From Neodothiora populina (taxonomy: Eukaryota): a stretch of 20,000 bases of DNA. The DNA lies in the NCBI RefSeq assembly GCF_041146345.1, contig NW_027191403.1, positions 117,726 through 137,725 of the forward strand. Direction: 5' to 3'. Shown here in pieces: positions 1 to 10,156 of the stretch. How positions within the stretch are numbered: position 1 is the first letter of the stretch; the number at the start of each line of letters is the position of its first letter. Both the position numbers and the translations under genes were made by a program. The notes beneath the pieces are model-generated. The model did no database searches. It had not been told where the DNA came from and saw nothing but the letters and a program-made list of their open reading frames with translations.

Positions 1-1877
1 CCTTCTCACAACGGTTTCTGCTATCAGATTTGTCGCAGAGCTCCCACTTTTGGCCAGCCGGATGGTTGTCCGGGTAGATATAGTGAATCACAGTACACAT
101 AGTGAGTATCTAAGAATCGATGGTGAAAATGAGAAAAGAATATCTTGGGAGCCCAGGAGCCAGGAAACCTTGCAGGAGCTTTGGCTTAGGTTCGAACATC
201 AACGAGAGTATGGACTGAACTTACTGGTTCTTCGGAAAGAAGCGTTCGTTGTGAACAAAGTGAGAGAAGCAGACCAAAGAAAAAGGGAATGAGGTGATAT
301 CTGCGTGGACAATAAAGCTGAGAACCAGTGACAATAGCGTCTGAGACAATTTGGCACAATGGTATAGCGTGGCGCGTGATGTGAATAGTGTTTTTCAAGG
401 AGAGACACAAATCCAAAACGTTTCAAAGAAATGACAAGATGAAAGTGATCAAAGAAAAAAAAAAGGCAACAACTATAAGAGCAACATCAGGCATGTGTAC
501 GTCGGCGCGCGACATGACATATGCGCGACGTCTTGTCTGCACATAATGGAGGCTGCAGCCTCATGTCATGATGCTGTACAGCTTGGCTGACCTGTGCCTC
601 CGCCACTACGTGCATGCAAGGCATCCATGGGCAATGCCTTGTGGAAAACCAGGCAGTGCATGCCCTGCTAGTCATTAGAAGCAACATGATTATAGAAGGT
701 CGAAACACATTTTGGGGCCGTAGGATTTCGGCTTAGCGGGCTTGGATGCAGGGAGGGGCAGTCAAATTGAACGCCTTGAGAACGCAGATGCGGTAAATGG
801 ATAGTCAGGATGCTTCGGATGCTAGTTCACTGTACTGCGGACTGCCATACTGCACTTACTTCGCGACGGAAAAGGACATCGTCGCAAACACGAAACACAT
901 TGAGCGGTGGAGCAGCGCGACGTGTATCCGGCGCGGCTGACAATATGGCTTAATCAGATGTCGCGTTTCGGCGTTGGAGGGAATGCAATCATGGTCAGCA
1001 GGGGACCATCAGTTGCATATGGCAACATGCTTTTCATGATGGTGGAAATTTCGGGGTGTGCTGTTCTGTAATCGAGAGACGCTCATCGAAGTTTGCGCCT
1101 GGGAGGGTGTGGATGTGTCTGCAATAATACTGAGCAGGACGGGGCTGTGTCGTGGGGTCATTGCTAAATATGCATGATACTCCCAACCTTGTTCAAGCCA
1201 TCAATGCACAGATGAGACCAAAGTAGTTCTGTGAGTGTTCCACGCATCGTTGCAAGAAGACCATGGTGGTCAGCAGGGTGAGACGACATTGCGATCTCGT
1301 CGCGTACCTTGGATTAAGCGACGTCCTGGAGCAGGAGGCGCTCGTCAAAGTCTGGCTGTCCCGCGTTGTGAGATGCCTGCACACAAGGCAATGGATGTCT
1401 ACAGGAGGGAGAAAGGCTATACGCACGAATTTGGTCGTCTCACGGTCGCATACCTTGCACCATCACGCACATTCATTGACACTTGACAAGTCTGCGATTA
1501 AATGTGCCGGACATCCGGATCATCATACTGGTATATGGCGACACGCACTCCGAAACAGGGCTACAGATAGATCCCTCATGCAAAATCATAGACCGGTAAA
1601 AACCAGGCATTCCTGCTACCATTGGCCCAATGACAACCGATAGCGACCCTCCACAGGCGGAGCCAAATCCAAGCTCCCTCTTCATGATTCGTTCAGTATC
1701 TGCGCGCAGTACGACAGACCGCGGCAGTGCCTGGCTAAGGTTGTATGCATAAAAATGCGCCAGATTTTACCCAAGTCCTTTCGTAAAACATTCGTTACAT
1801 GGCCGCTGACAGAAGAGCGGCTTGATCATAACGCGAAATATGCATGTGTAGTCTCCACACCGCTGCGACAGCTGCGT

Positions 1878-2855
1878 CTACGCGGCCGTGATTTCACCCA
1901 TCCTTTGTAGGTGTGAAGGCAGCCTCATTTTGAAGCCTTCGTTCAAGCCTTTGCGCAAGGACAAGCCTTGCCGAGTAGTCTGTTGCAGCTGCCACATGCG
2001 GGCTTGCAGCTCTTCAGCTCGCACAAATAGATTGAAGTCGAGGAGGAAGCAAAGGCTGATCTCGATCCGAGCCAGCTCGTGCAGAGCAATACCGCCCACC
2101 TTTGCTACCCGCTCCTGCGGCCACTTGTTGTCTTCCAACGTCTTGCTTGCCACGCGAATTGTCGCCAGACACAATCGGTGCACCGTCCGTGCAGTCGCAG
2201 GCACTAGAGTCTCCGTGACGCAGACGCGATGTATCCAGGCGGCCGCTGTCAGATACACTCCTGGAGAGTGCGGGCAGTACTTGTGCAAGCGCTGGAGGTA
2301 ATCCGACAAGCTGAACGGTGGAGCGGATTTGAGAAAGAAGCGTCGCGCTATCGCAGCATACTGGATGGTCATGGCATCTGCATGCGCATGGGCAGCGACT
2401 TCTTCAATGGTAGGCATGGGTTCGTCTCGTTGGGCTTCCGGCGAACCTATTAGACACGAGGGGAATGAATGTGTTGGTGTTGCTGACGGCGACACAGGCG
2501 ACTCTGGCGACGAGAGTGAAGATGCCACAGGACCTGCTTCGAGCCCATCCGGAACTGATGTCGGAGGTTTAGGTGTGGGTGGTCGTGTTATCGGAGGTGT
2601 CGGCGGCACCTCACCTGTGATGACCGACAAGGATTGCACAACATGAACAAGCATCATAAGTGCGCTGTTCGCTGAAATGGAGGCGATATCCCATACACCA
2701 CTTTCGAGCATTAATGGTTCGTCCGTTTGCTTGCTCTGGCCAGTTGTGACATCTTGAGGTCTCAGCTTAGTGTCATGGCTGGGGTCAGGCGCACGAGGCA
2801 GAGACGCAATACGATCTCCTGCATCACCGTGATGGTGGTTGCGCTGGTCAGACAT
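1878..2855 (-). CDS. Pho80/Pcl-family (Pho85/CDK5-type) cyclin, single exon, 325 aa
   Basis: Uninterrupted ATG-to-TAG ORF. The C-terminal cyclin box has family motifs RFFLKSAPPFSLSDYLQRLHKYCPHSPGVY, TVHRLCLATIRVASKTLED and AKVGGIALHELARIEISLCFLLDFNL. The N-terminal Pro/Ser-rich region has several S/T-P sites. GC-rich (a spot 60-mer at 2041 is 60% GC). Confidence 0.9.
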   Translation of the reverse strand: MSDQRNHHHGDAGDRIASLPRAPDPSHDTKLRPQDVTTGQSKQTDEPLMLESGVWDIASISANSALMMLVHVVQSLSVITGEVPPTPPITRPPTPKPPTSVPDGLEAGPVASSLSSPESPVSPSATPTHSFPSCLIGSPEAQRDEPMPTIEEVAAHAHADAMTIQYAAIARRFFLKSAPPFSLSDYLQRLHKYCPHSPGVYLTAAAWIHRVCVTETLVPATARTVHRLCLATIRVASKTLEDNKWPQERVAKVGGIALHELARIEISLCFLLDFNLFVRAEELQARMWQLQQTTRQGLSLRKGLNEGFKMRLPSHLQRMGEITAA

Positions 2856-4174
2856 CGAAATGTCAAGTCAACGACTGCGACAGTTCACCCTCTACTGAGT
2901 GCGAAATCCGATTCTTCCAGTCGCCTATCGTTGTCTAGTATGAGATACACAAGAAGAAGAAAATTAAGGTAATGACGGTTGCTTGTATTTGACCGTCTAT
3001 ACGCCGGAGGGTTATGTCACATTTGCGGAAGACCTTCGAGGTCCGTTGTTTCTGTCCTGTTGTGGCGAGTGCATGCTAGGCAGATACCGCGGTGTGCAAT
3101 ATTCTACACGCAGGCGCATGACCCTTTGCCGGCTTGGTCTGGATTGAGACGGTGTGAACAGGAAAGGGGAGCTTTAAGTCGGCTTGGAACAAAATGATGA
3201 GATAGCGGAACGGGTGTGCGGGAGATTGGCCAAAGACAAGTTCCCCACTTCGACCCTATTAAGAGTGTTGAAGCAGCGCCAAAGCAGCATGCAAAAGCAC
3301 CCAAGCGATCCTTGAGCTCTTTTCCCACTGGCGGCGGCAGCGCAAGTTCGATGCGCAAATGGAGCCCAAAGATTTCCCCCAGATCTCCCGTCTCCGTCAC
3401 CAGACGATGCGTGACTAACTCCGCATGCCACTGGAGTCCTGTGGATCCTTGTTGCTTTGGATGCGCACCAGATTTGCAAGGAGAGGCAAGATACGCGATA
3501 CTCAGACAGAGAAGTACGGTACCGCATACAGGTAGCGTATTCTGTACAATAAGATACTGTACAATAAAAGCTCCATACCTCCAAGACACTTACGTCGTCT
3601 GGCACCTCGACATGATCTCGACCCAAGAGATCTTCATAGAACTGCCAGGCGAGCCTTCGTCGAGCCGGTCGGAAATGAGACCGCACTAGCGTTTCTGCAA
3701 CGTTCGCTTCGGTGGAAGCTACAGTACCTACCTTAGGTATCCAAGTTCAGTGCAGCTGCACGAGACGGTGCAATGTTGGAGTAGGTGGATGCCTGCATGG
3801 GCCGTTCCGCTCGAGCACCATTGCCGCATGGTTGCTTGCGAAACACAAAAGACCCCGCGCTTGAGCCTCATGCGCAGCAGAGGACGGTGAACCTCCGAAA
3901 GACTGTCTATCAGGATATCGCATGCAGCAAACTCAAAGCTCTGGATACTGTATGTTTATTTCCAGCGGTTCGAGGCAAGCTTTGAGCACGACTGGCGATT
4001 GCGTCTCTTCAATAAGCTCTTTCATGCGTGCAGAACTCGCTGTAGATATAATAAAATAGGCAACCACCAATGGCAGCCCGCCGCACAACTGACTACCCGA
4101 GTCGGGCGTCAATACGGAGAACCCCCCGCCATCTTCTCCTCAAGCCTCATTGCTTGCGCATGTTCGGTCCGCAA

Positions 4175-5056
4175 TCAGTATAAACCTGGCAGCAGAGCAT
4201 AAGGAACTTTTTTCTTGACCTGCTCAAATTGATCACCATACTGTAGGAATAATTAGTGGAAGACCCTGCGTTCTGCACAGACATGAGAGATCAAGCTTAC
4301 CTTTTCCCCCAAATACGTCTCGAGGTAAGGCACGGCGCGATTGGCGAAATCGCCGAACAGAAACATTCCCACACCAAGACCCCATGGCAGACCAGCACAG
4401 ATAATGCTATAACCTACCCGCCAGATCGTATATCCACCGTAGTTGATATTTCTGGCTAGTCCGAAAAGGCCATTTGCATAGAGTCTACCCTTGTTGGCGG
4501 GATCCTGCTTGAATCGCTTACGCTGTATTTCGCACCACCACTCCACAATAATGCCAGTGGCGTAGAGAGCTACTCCGACAGGTATGCTCGATACATGAGG
4601 AGCAGATATCAGAAGCTCGATCCGAGTGGCTGCGCCTGAGTAGTTCGAGGAAAAGGCCCACAGCGAAAGTAAGGTATTGATCGTGTTTAGTAACGTATTG
4701 TAAACCGCGATCGTTGTCGAAAATCCAGGCTCGAATGCATTGTCGCATATGAACAGACACCAGTATATCTGTTTTGCTGCAGCGCCTACGGCCAAAGTCC
4801 AGATGAGTGAGTGATAGAGCGACAAGCCAAGGACAGTTGTATTCAATGTAGTCCCTGAACCTGGCGCAATCGCTGTGCCGCCTAGCTTACGAACGATACC
4901 TGTTCCCAAAGTCGAATGGAGCAGATGATATTGTAAGGGCAAATCCAATAGTCGCAGAATACAAAAGATTACATTGCCGCTTGTCGAGATCTCTTTGCGT
5001 CTTGTATCATTGAACCATTTCGGCAATTGAGCTGGTTTGTCCCTCTCAGAAGCCAT
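4175..5056 (-). CDS. DUF1295 / steroid 5-alpha-reductase C-terminal-like (ICMT/PEMT superfamily) membrane protein, 2 exons, 273 aa
   Basis: Exon 1 is 5056..4301 (MASERDK...YLGEK). Intron 4300..4241 reads GTAAGC...CTAAT...CAG. Exon 2 is 4240..4175 (YGDQFEQVKKKVPYALLPGLY*). Motifs QRKRFKQDPANKGRLYANGLFGLARNINYGGY and VPYALLPGLY plus several hydrophobic helices. Splicing keeps the frame. Confidence 0.85.
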
Positions 5057-5763
5057 GCCTGTTAGCTGAATGACCAAGAATCGTTGAAATGTTGCACGCG
5101 ACGATCGTGATGACTGAGTCTATATTCGAAGTATTTTGATTTGTGTAGTATGTATATAGTTTGACACGTTATGTTGTGCATCGCCTGTCATTGCGGCCGA
5201 GTTCACAGCGTGTGTTGACGGTAACAGCCTGAGTTTACCCCTCTTTCTCCGAATGATCCTTGTTACTTGCATGCGAATCTAAGCAACCCGACTACACGAG
5301 ATACTCGTATCGAGAGTTTTTATGTTAAGTTGCTCGTAGATTATAGATGATTGGTGATCGTGTAATAGACTTGGTGGAACTCGGTATCTAACCAGCAGCG
5401 TCTTCTGTGCGTCTCATACTTCATTCATTCATTAAGCATGCATTTTTGACTCAATGCTGTACCCCAAGTATTTATACGGTGCGATCCCAATTGTAAGCCA
5501 TGTCAATTGACATGAAGCTGCGAACTGGAATTGGAGGTCCTACGTGTGGGAATTAGGCATGCTTTGCGTCTAAGGATCCACATCGCAAGTGAAGTAGCAG
5601 CCTGGCGGAACGTAATTGCTGTGCCGGCTTGTCGCGACGTGTCAATCTGCGATCCTCTCAAACGTTCAAGACATCATCCCATCCTTATAGCCGCTCTTCC
5701 CCCCAAACTCAGTAGCAATCATATGTGTACATAGTGCTTTACATTACAGAGCATAGGTGGAAG
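5057..5763. promoter_or_regulatory. Divergent intergenic/promoter region shared by the DUF1295 and C-S lyase genes
   Basis: Head-to-head start codons at 5056 (-) and 5764 (+). AT-rich TATA-like stretches near 5150 and 5470, and a palindromic GTCGCGAC at 5631-5638. Individual sites are not validated. Confidence 0.4.
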
Positions 5764-7140
5764 ATGACAACCGATATACTCGCGGAGATTCGTGGTCTTG
5801 GTCCTGTCCAGTGCGGGGCAGAGGCAGCGAAACATTTCGCGTTTGCGGATGGCTACAGGAATCTGAACCACGGTGAGTTGTGACTCGCAGAAGGTTGACA
5901 CAGCAAGACTGACCTATGTTCCGAAGGCTCGTACGGAACCTACCCAGTCGAGGTTCGATCGGTTCTACGCCGATATCAAGAAAAAGTAGAAGCAGCACCG
6001 GATACATTTGTTCGATATGAATATCGCACGCATCTTCTCGATAGATCTAGGAAGGCTATTGCGGACTATATGCGTGCCCCAGTGGACACTTGTGTCCTTG
6101 TTCCCAACACATCGACCGGGATTGATACGATTCTTCGTAACCTAACCTTCGGTCCAGCCGATGTTATTGTTTGCTTCTCTACTATATACGGTGCATTTCG
6201 CAATACCGTTCAGTACCTGACCGAAACCACTACAGTAAGCGTAAAAGAAGTCAAATGCACATATCCCACCTCGGACGATTATATCTGCGACGCCTTTGAA
6301 GCAGCCTTGAAAGTTATAGCGGCCGAAGGCAAGGTGGCAAAGGTCGCACTATTTGACACTATTGTCTCAGTACCTGGGGTTTGTATGCCCTTCGAGCAAT
6401 TGACTAAAATCTGTCGTACTCACAAGGTACTCTCTTGTATCGACGGAGCTCACGGCGTTGGTCACATACCTCTTCGCCTTCAAGAGCTGGATCCAGACTT
6501 TTTCGTGAGCAATTGTCACAAATGGCTATATGTACCTAGAAGTTGCGCTGTGCTCTACGTGCCCATCCGTAATCAGCATCTTCTCAGAGCTACACTGCCC
6601 ACGGGGTTTGGCTTTTGTCGAAAATTGGAAAGTCATCAGAACTCGGCATTCAACAATTTTGTTGAGAACTTTGCTTCCTTAGGCACACTGGACGATACGC
6701 CTTATCTTTGTATTCCGGCGGCTTTGGAATGGAGGGAAGCCATAGTTTGGGATGAAAAAAGTGGCGAAGAGGCGATCAGAGGATACATCAATTCACTCGC
6801 CCGAGAAGGTGGACAAGCTGTCGCCGACATTCTTGGGACGACTGTCCTCGAGTGCGACCCAGCGGCGTTGGGAGTGTGCTGCATGACGAATGTTCGCTTA
6901 CCACTCGACCTCGTGAGGCTCATAGCGGAAGATACAAAACGGTCCGACGACATCTGCCATTGGATCATGAGAGCCATGAGTATGAGACATCAGATCGCTG
7001 TCTATGCCTATGAACATGCGGGCGTACTATGGGTGCGGCTGAGTGCGCAGATATATCTTGGGCTACAAGATTTTGAAATAGCGGGAGAAGTATTGAAGGA
7101 ACTTTGTGTAGAAGTCGCCTACTGTAAGTGGGTTAAGTAG
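5764..7140 (+). CDS. PLP-dependent aminotransferase class V / C-S lyase (hercynylcysteine sulfoxide lyase Egt2-like / LolT-like), 2 exons, 440 aa
   Basis: Exon 1 is 5764..5872 (MTTDILAE...YRNLNH). Intron 5873..5926 reads GTGAGT...CTGAC...AAG. Exon 2 is 5927..7140. Splicing restores NLNHGSYGTYP. Other motifs are VPNTSTGI, IDGAHGVG, the PLP-lysine motif DFFVSNCHKWLY and C-terminal WVRLSAQIYL. The ORF-track ORF at 6070 is the N-terminally truncated part. No lesions found. Confidence 0.88.
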
Positions 7141-7664
7141 TAAATTAAGCGGATAGCACTCTACTTGCAAGCTCGCTCAGCGATACTAGTGTTTGTTGAC
7201 TCAGGTGAGCATATACACAAACGTAGACTGAGATGTATTGTGACAATAGAGTTTTTAATGACTACGAAAGCAGCTACAAGTCCGATTCATGCATCGCGCG
7301 GCAGCTGCTTCGATTTTTGACCATACCCTTTGAATTGCTAGAAATTATGCAAATGGCATATTTATCTCCTTGTCCTTCGGAAATGTGTGGAAGACGTGAA
7401 ACGTGATATGGACCTCCATATCCTGTGGGGCAGGAAATCCCCACCAGAACATCAGGTATAGTCAGTCCACGCGCGGTGATCTCGCTCTCACTGGCCAATC
7501 GACTCAGCCTGCATTAGATAACAATTCATCAGCGCAATAGATTGATCAAGCTGCGGGATTCTCCATGGCGTCCAGTCATTCTATAAGGACCACGCATCGC
7601 AGATATGCCTCTATCTACAATGCTGTTTTTACTGCGACCGCGTGATTTTGATAATTTCTAGAGA

Positions 7665-10094
7665 ATGTCCAGCAATCGCTTGTCGACCCATGTGGGCTGC
7701 CTGTCAGCAAAAGAAGGCTCTGACAAATTGACTCCACGGCAGCAGTTGTACGCGCACTTCATGTCACGGTAGGCTTTATATGTATATGTCGTCAAGCTTG
7801 TACAAGCATGTTGATTGCACGCAGAGCAGCATGGCACGGCACCAGAATCATACTTCGTCAGGTGTCCCCGGAATCTATCCATATCTTTGACTACATTCTT
7901 GAACTCTACAGAGCCTGCGACGGAGACTGGGATAGCTTGCAGCATGAAACTCAGGTACCGCCGGATGACCTGGCGAGCTTCCTTGAGTATGCCGTGCTGT
8001 TCTTAAGCAATGTCGGGAATTATTATGTGAGCTATCAGGGAGTAGCATCTCACCCTCTTCTATGTTGCTGATCGTCAGTCAAGGGTCATGGCGATCAGAA
8101 GTTCGTCCCACAAGTGCCGGTCAATTCTATGCGCCAAATTTCGACAATCTCCAGTGTTGCCCAGAATATGTACCATGAGATAGAACAAGCCATGATGACG
8201 TGTCCGCCTTTTGGGCTAGGATATCCGAGTGAGAATTTGCAGAGCTCATATTATCCGGGAGATGCTCCAATGTCGCAAGCAGAGATTGAAGCTGTCTCCA
8301 AAGTCCTTGACGAAAGGTCAATCGATCTTAAGAACACCCGGATATCCAGGTCTGAGCGACCTGGAGAGACTTCTTATAATGTATTGCAAGCATCGATAAA
8401 TGCCGGAGAGTCACCTCTGAAGATCGGTGATACAGATAACGGTACCGTGTATATCGTACGTGGAGACCACAGCAAGGAGCTCACCAACATCTGCAATGCT
8501 CTAGAGCAAGCACAAAGACACGCAGCCAACCCCACTCAAGAACGATACATCCATGAGCTTCGCAACAGCTTCAACAATGGAGAAATGGAGCCATATAAGG
8601 AGTCTCAGCGACTATGGGTCAAGGATCAGCGCCCGGCCGTCGAGACCATCATGGGCTTCGTAGAGCCATATCGCGACCCCTCGGGTGTGAGAGCCGAATT
8701 CGAAGGCCTTGTAGCTATTGTAGACGAAGACCGGACTTTGTTACTGTAGAAACTCGTACGGAGTTCTGCAACTTTTATCCAGAAGCTGCCTTGGGCTGGT
8801 CTTACGCCCGAGAATGACTCAAAGGGCCCATTCGAAAAGGAGGCGATGGACAACCCTGATTTCGCCAGCATACACAGTAAGAACCTCGAGCTTTTAGCAC
8901 TGCATATCATGTTGATAGAGTTTCAGCGATTGCATATTGCTCGAGCATCATATTCCCTGGTATTAATCTACCTAACGTAAGTCTTCCACTAAAGCAAGAG
9001 AGAAAGGCAGTCTAAGCTAAGCAGTATAACGACATTCGCCAGGAAGTAGGATTTAAGAACGTAATGATAACCAACAGCATGCTAGACGACTCAGTCAAGG
9101 ACAATTCCCTCGTCTTCTGTCTCGATGCTTTAATACGCGAAAAGTATCTCGATTATCGAAGACACGCTTTCTACCTGTGGGTGGTCTTTCATGAACTGTT
9201 CGGGCACGGCACTAGCAAGCTTTTGACCGAGAACCGAGATGGGACCTTTAATTTCGACATTAACGAACCGTCCGATAGATCCACTGACAGGGCAGCCCAT
9301 CAATACATGTTATCGCCCAGGTCAAACTTGGACGGGTCTGTTTGGTGACATCGCTACTACCGTAGACGAATGCCGGGCGGAGTGCGTAGGAGCGTATCTT
9401 ATGAGCGAGGAGGATTTACTTGCTCTTTGTGGCTATACAGACCAGACGGGTGTCACAGCCAGTGATCGTGAGTGTGCCTGCTTCGCCGCAGTACTGATTG
9501 CGAAATACTGACATGCAGCAGTTGAGTACAATATGTATCTGCAGCTTGGTGTGGCAGGTCTTCGAAGCCTAGAGAACTATCTGCCGGCGGACAATGCGAG
9601 TAAACCGTCTATGATGTTTGTTACTAAGCTAAGCTAATCGAGGTAGAAATGGGGTCAAGCACATAGCAGAGTGAGTCGCCCAAGCAAAGATTGGAGATCT
9701 ACCGCTGACTAGACAATCTCAGGGACATTTCGCCATCTTCAGAGCGCTTTTGAACGCTGAGGACGACTTCATGACGGTCACACATGACGCGAAAGCCCAT
9801 AAGTTGACAGTCTCAGTCGACCGATCCAAGATATCTACCTGTAGAAGACCAGCGCTTCGAGCTCTGCTCTTGAGGTTGCACATATACCGGTGCACTGCTA
9901 ATGTCGATGAATGTCGGAAGTTCTGCGAAAACCTTACGAGACCGACAGAGCAATTCATTGGATGGAGGAACGTTGTGATTACCAACAAAGCCGTGAAGAA
10001 AATATACGTGCAGCCAAACACTAAAGTCATCTTGAAAGACTACAACGACACCGTTCAGGGGGTTTTAAAGAGCTGGGCCGAACGCGGCGTTTGA
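7665..10094 (+). pseudogene. Dipeptidyl peptidase III (peptidase M49) paralogue, 8 exons, disrupted by a premature stop and a frameshift
   Basis: Exons 7665-7768, 7825-8026, 8084-8876, 8927-8976, 9025-9467, 9522-9595, 9647-9670, 9723-10094. They give LYAHFMSRAAWHGTRIILRQVSPES, NYYGHGDQKFVP, GFVEPYRDPSGVRAEFEG, GINLPNYNDIRQEVGFKNV, zinc motif HELFGH, DECRAE, KWGQAHSRGHF and SWAERGV*. In-frame TAG at 8747-8749, after which homology continues (KLVRSSATFIQKLPW). One extra base near 9271 (CCG t CCG ATA GAT) shifts NEP/PIDPLTG. Confidence 0.85.
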
Positions 10095-10156
10095 TTTACT
10101 GTTAGCAGATATATAATCGTAATGAGACTGTAAATCGAGACTTCGATCTGCATACA

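Noticed and set aside
1193..1685. Short overlapping ORFs downstream of the cyclin
   Set aside because: No recognisable domains and no consistent exon chain.
3542..3567. Direct repeat CTGTACAATAA x2 (15-bp period) containing TACTGTA; also TACAGTA at 3720
   Set aside because: Only two short copies. Footprint-like 7-mers are expected about twice per 20 kb by chance and also occur inside coding sequence (6231).
3104..3689. Three overlapping 157-170 aa ORFs upstream of the cyclin
   Set aside because: No family motifs or convincing composition. More likely the cyclin promoter or leader; uORF status cannot be judged without a TSS.
8747..8749. Stop-codon readthrough, or A-to-I editing of the in-frame TAG in DPP III
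   Set aside because: An independent frameshift near 9271 also disrupts the gene, and the position does not look like a conserved Trp. Pseudogenisation is the simpler explanation.
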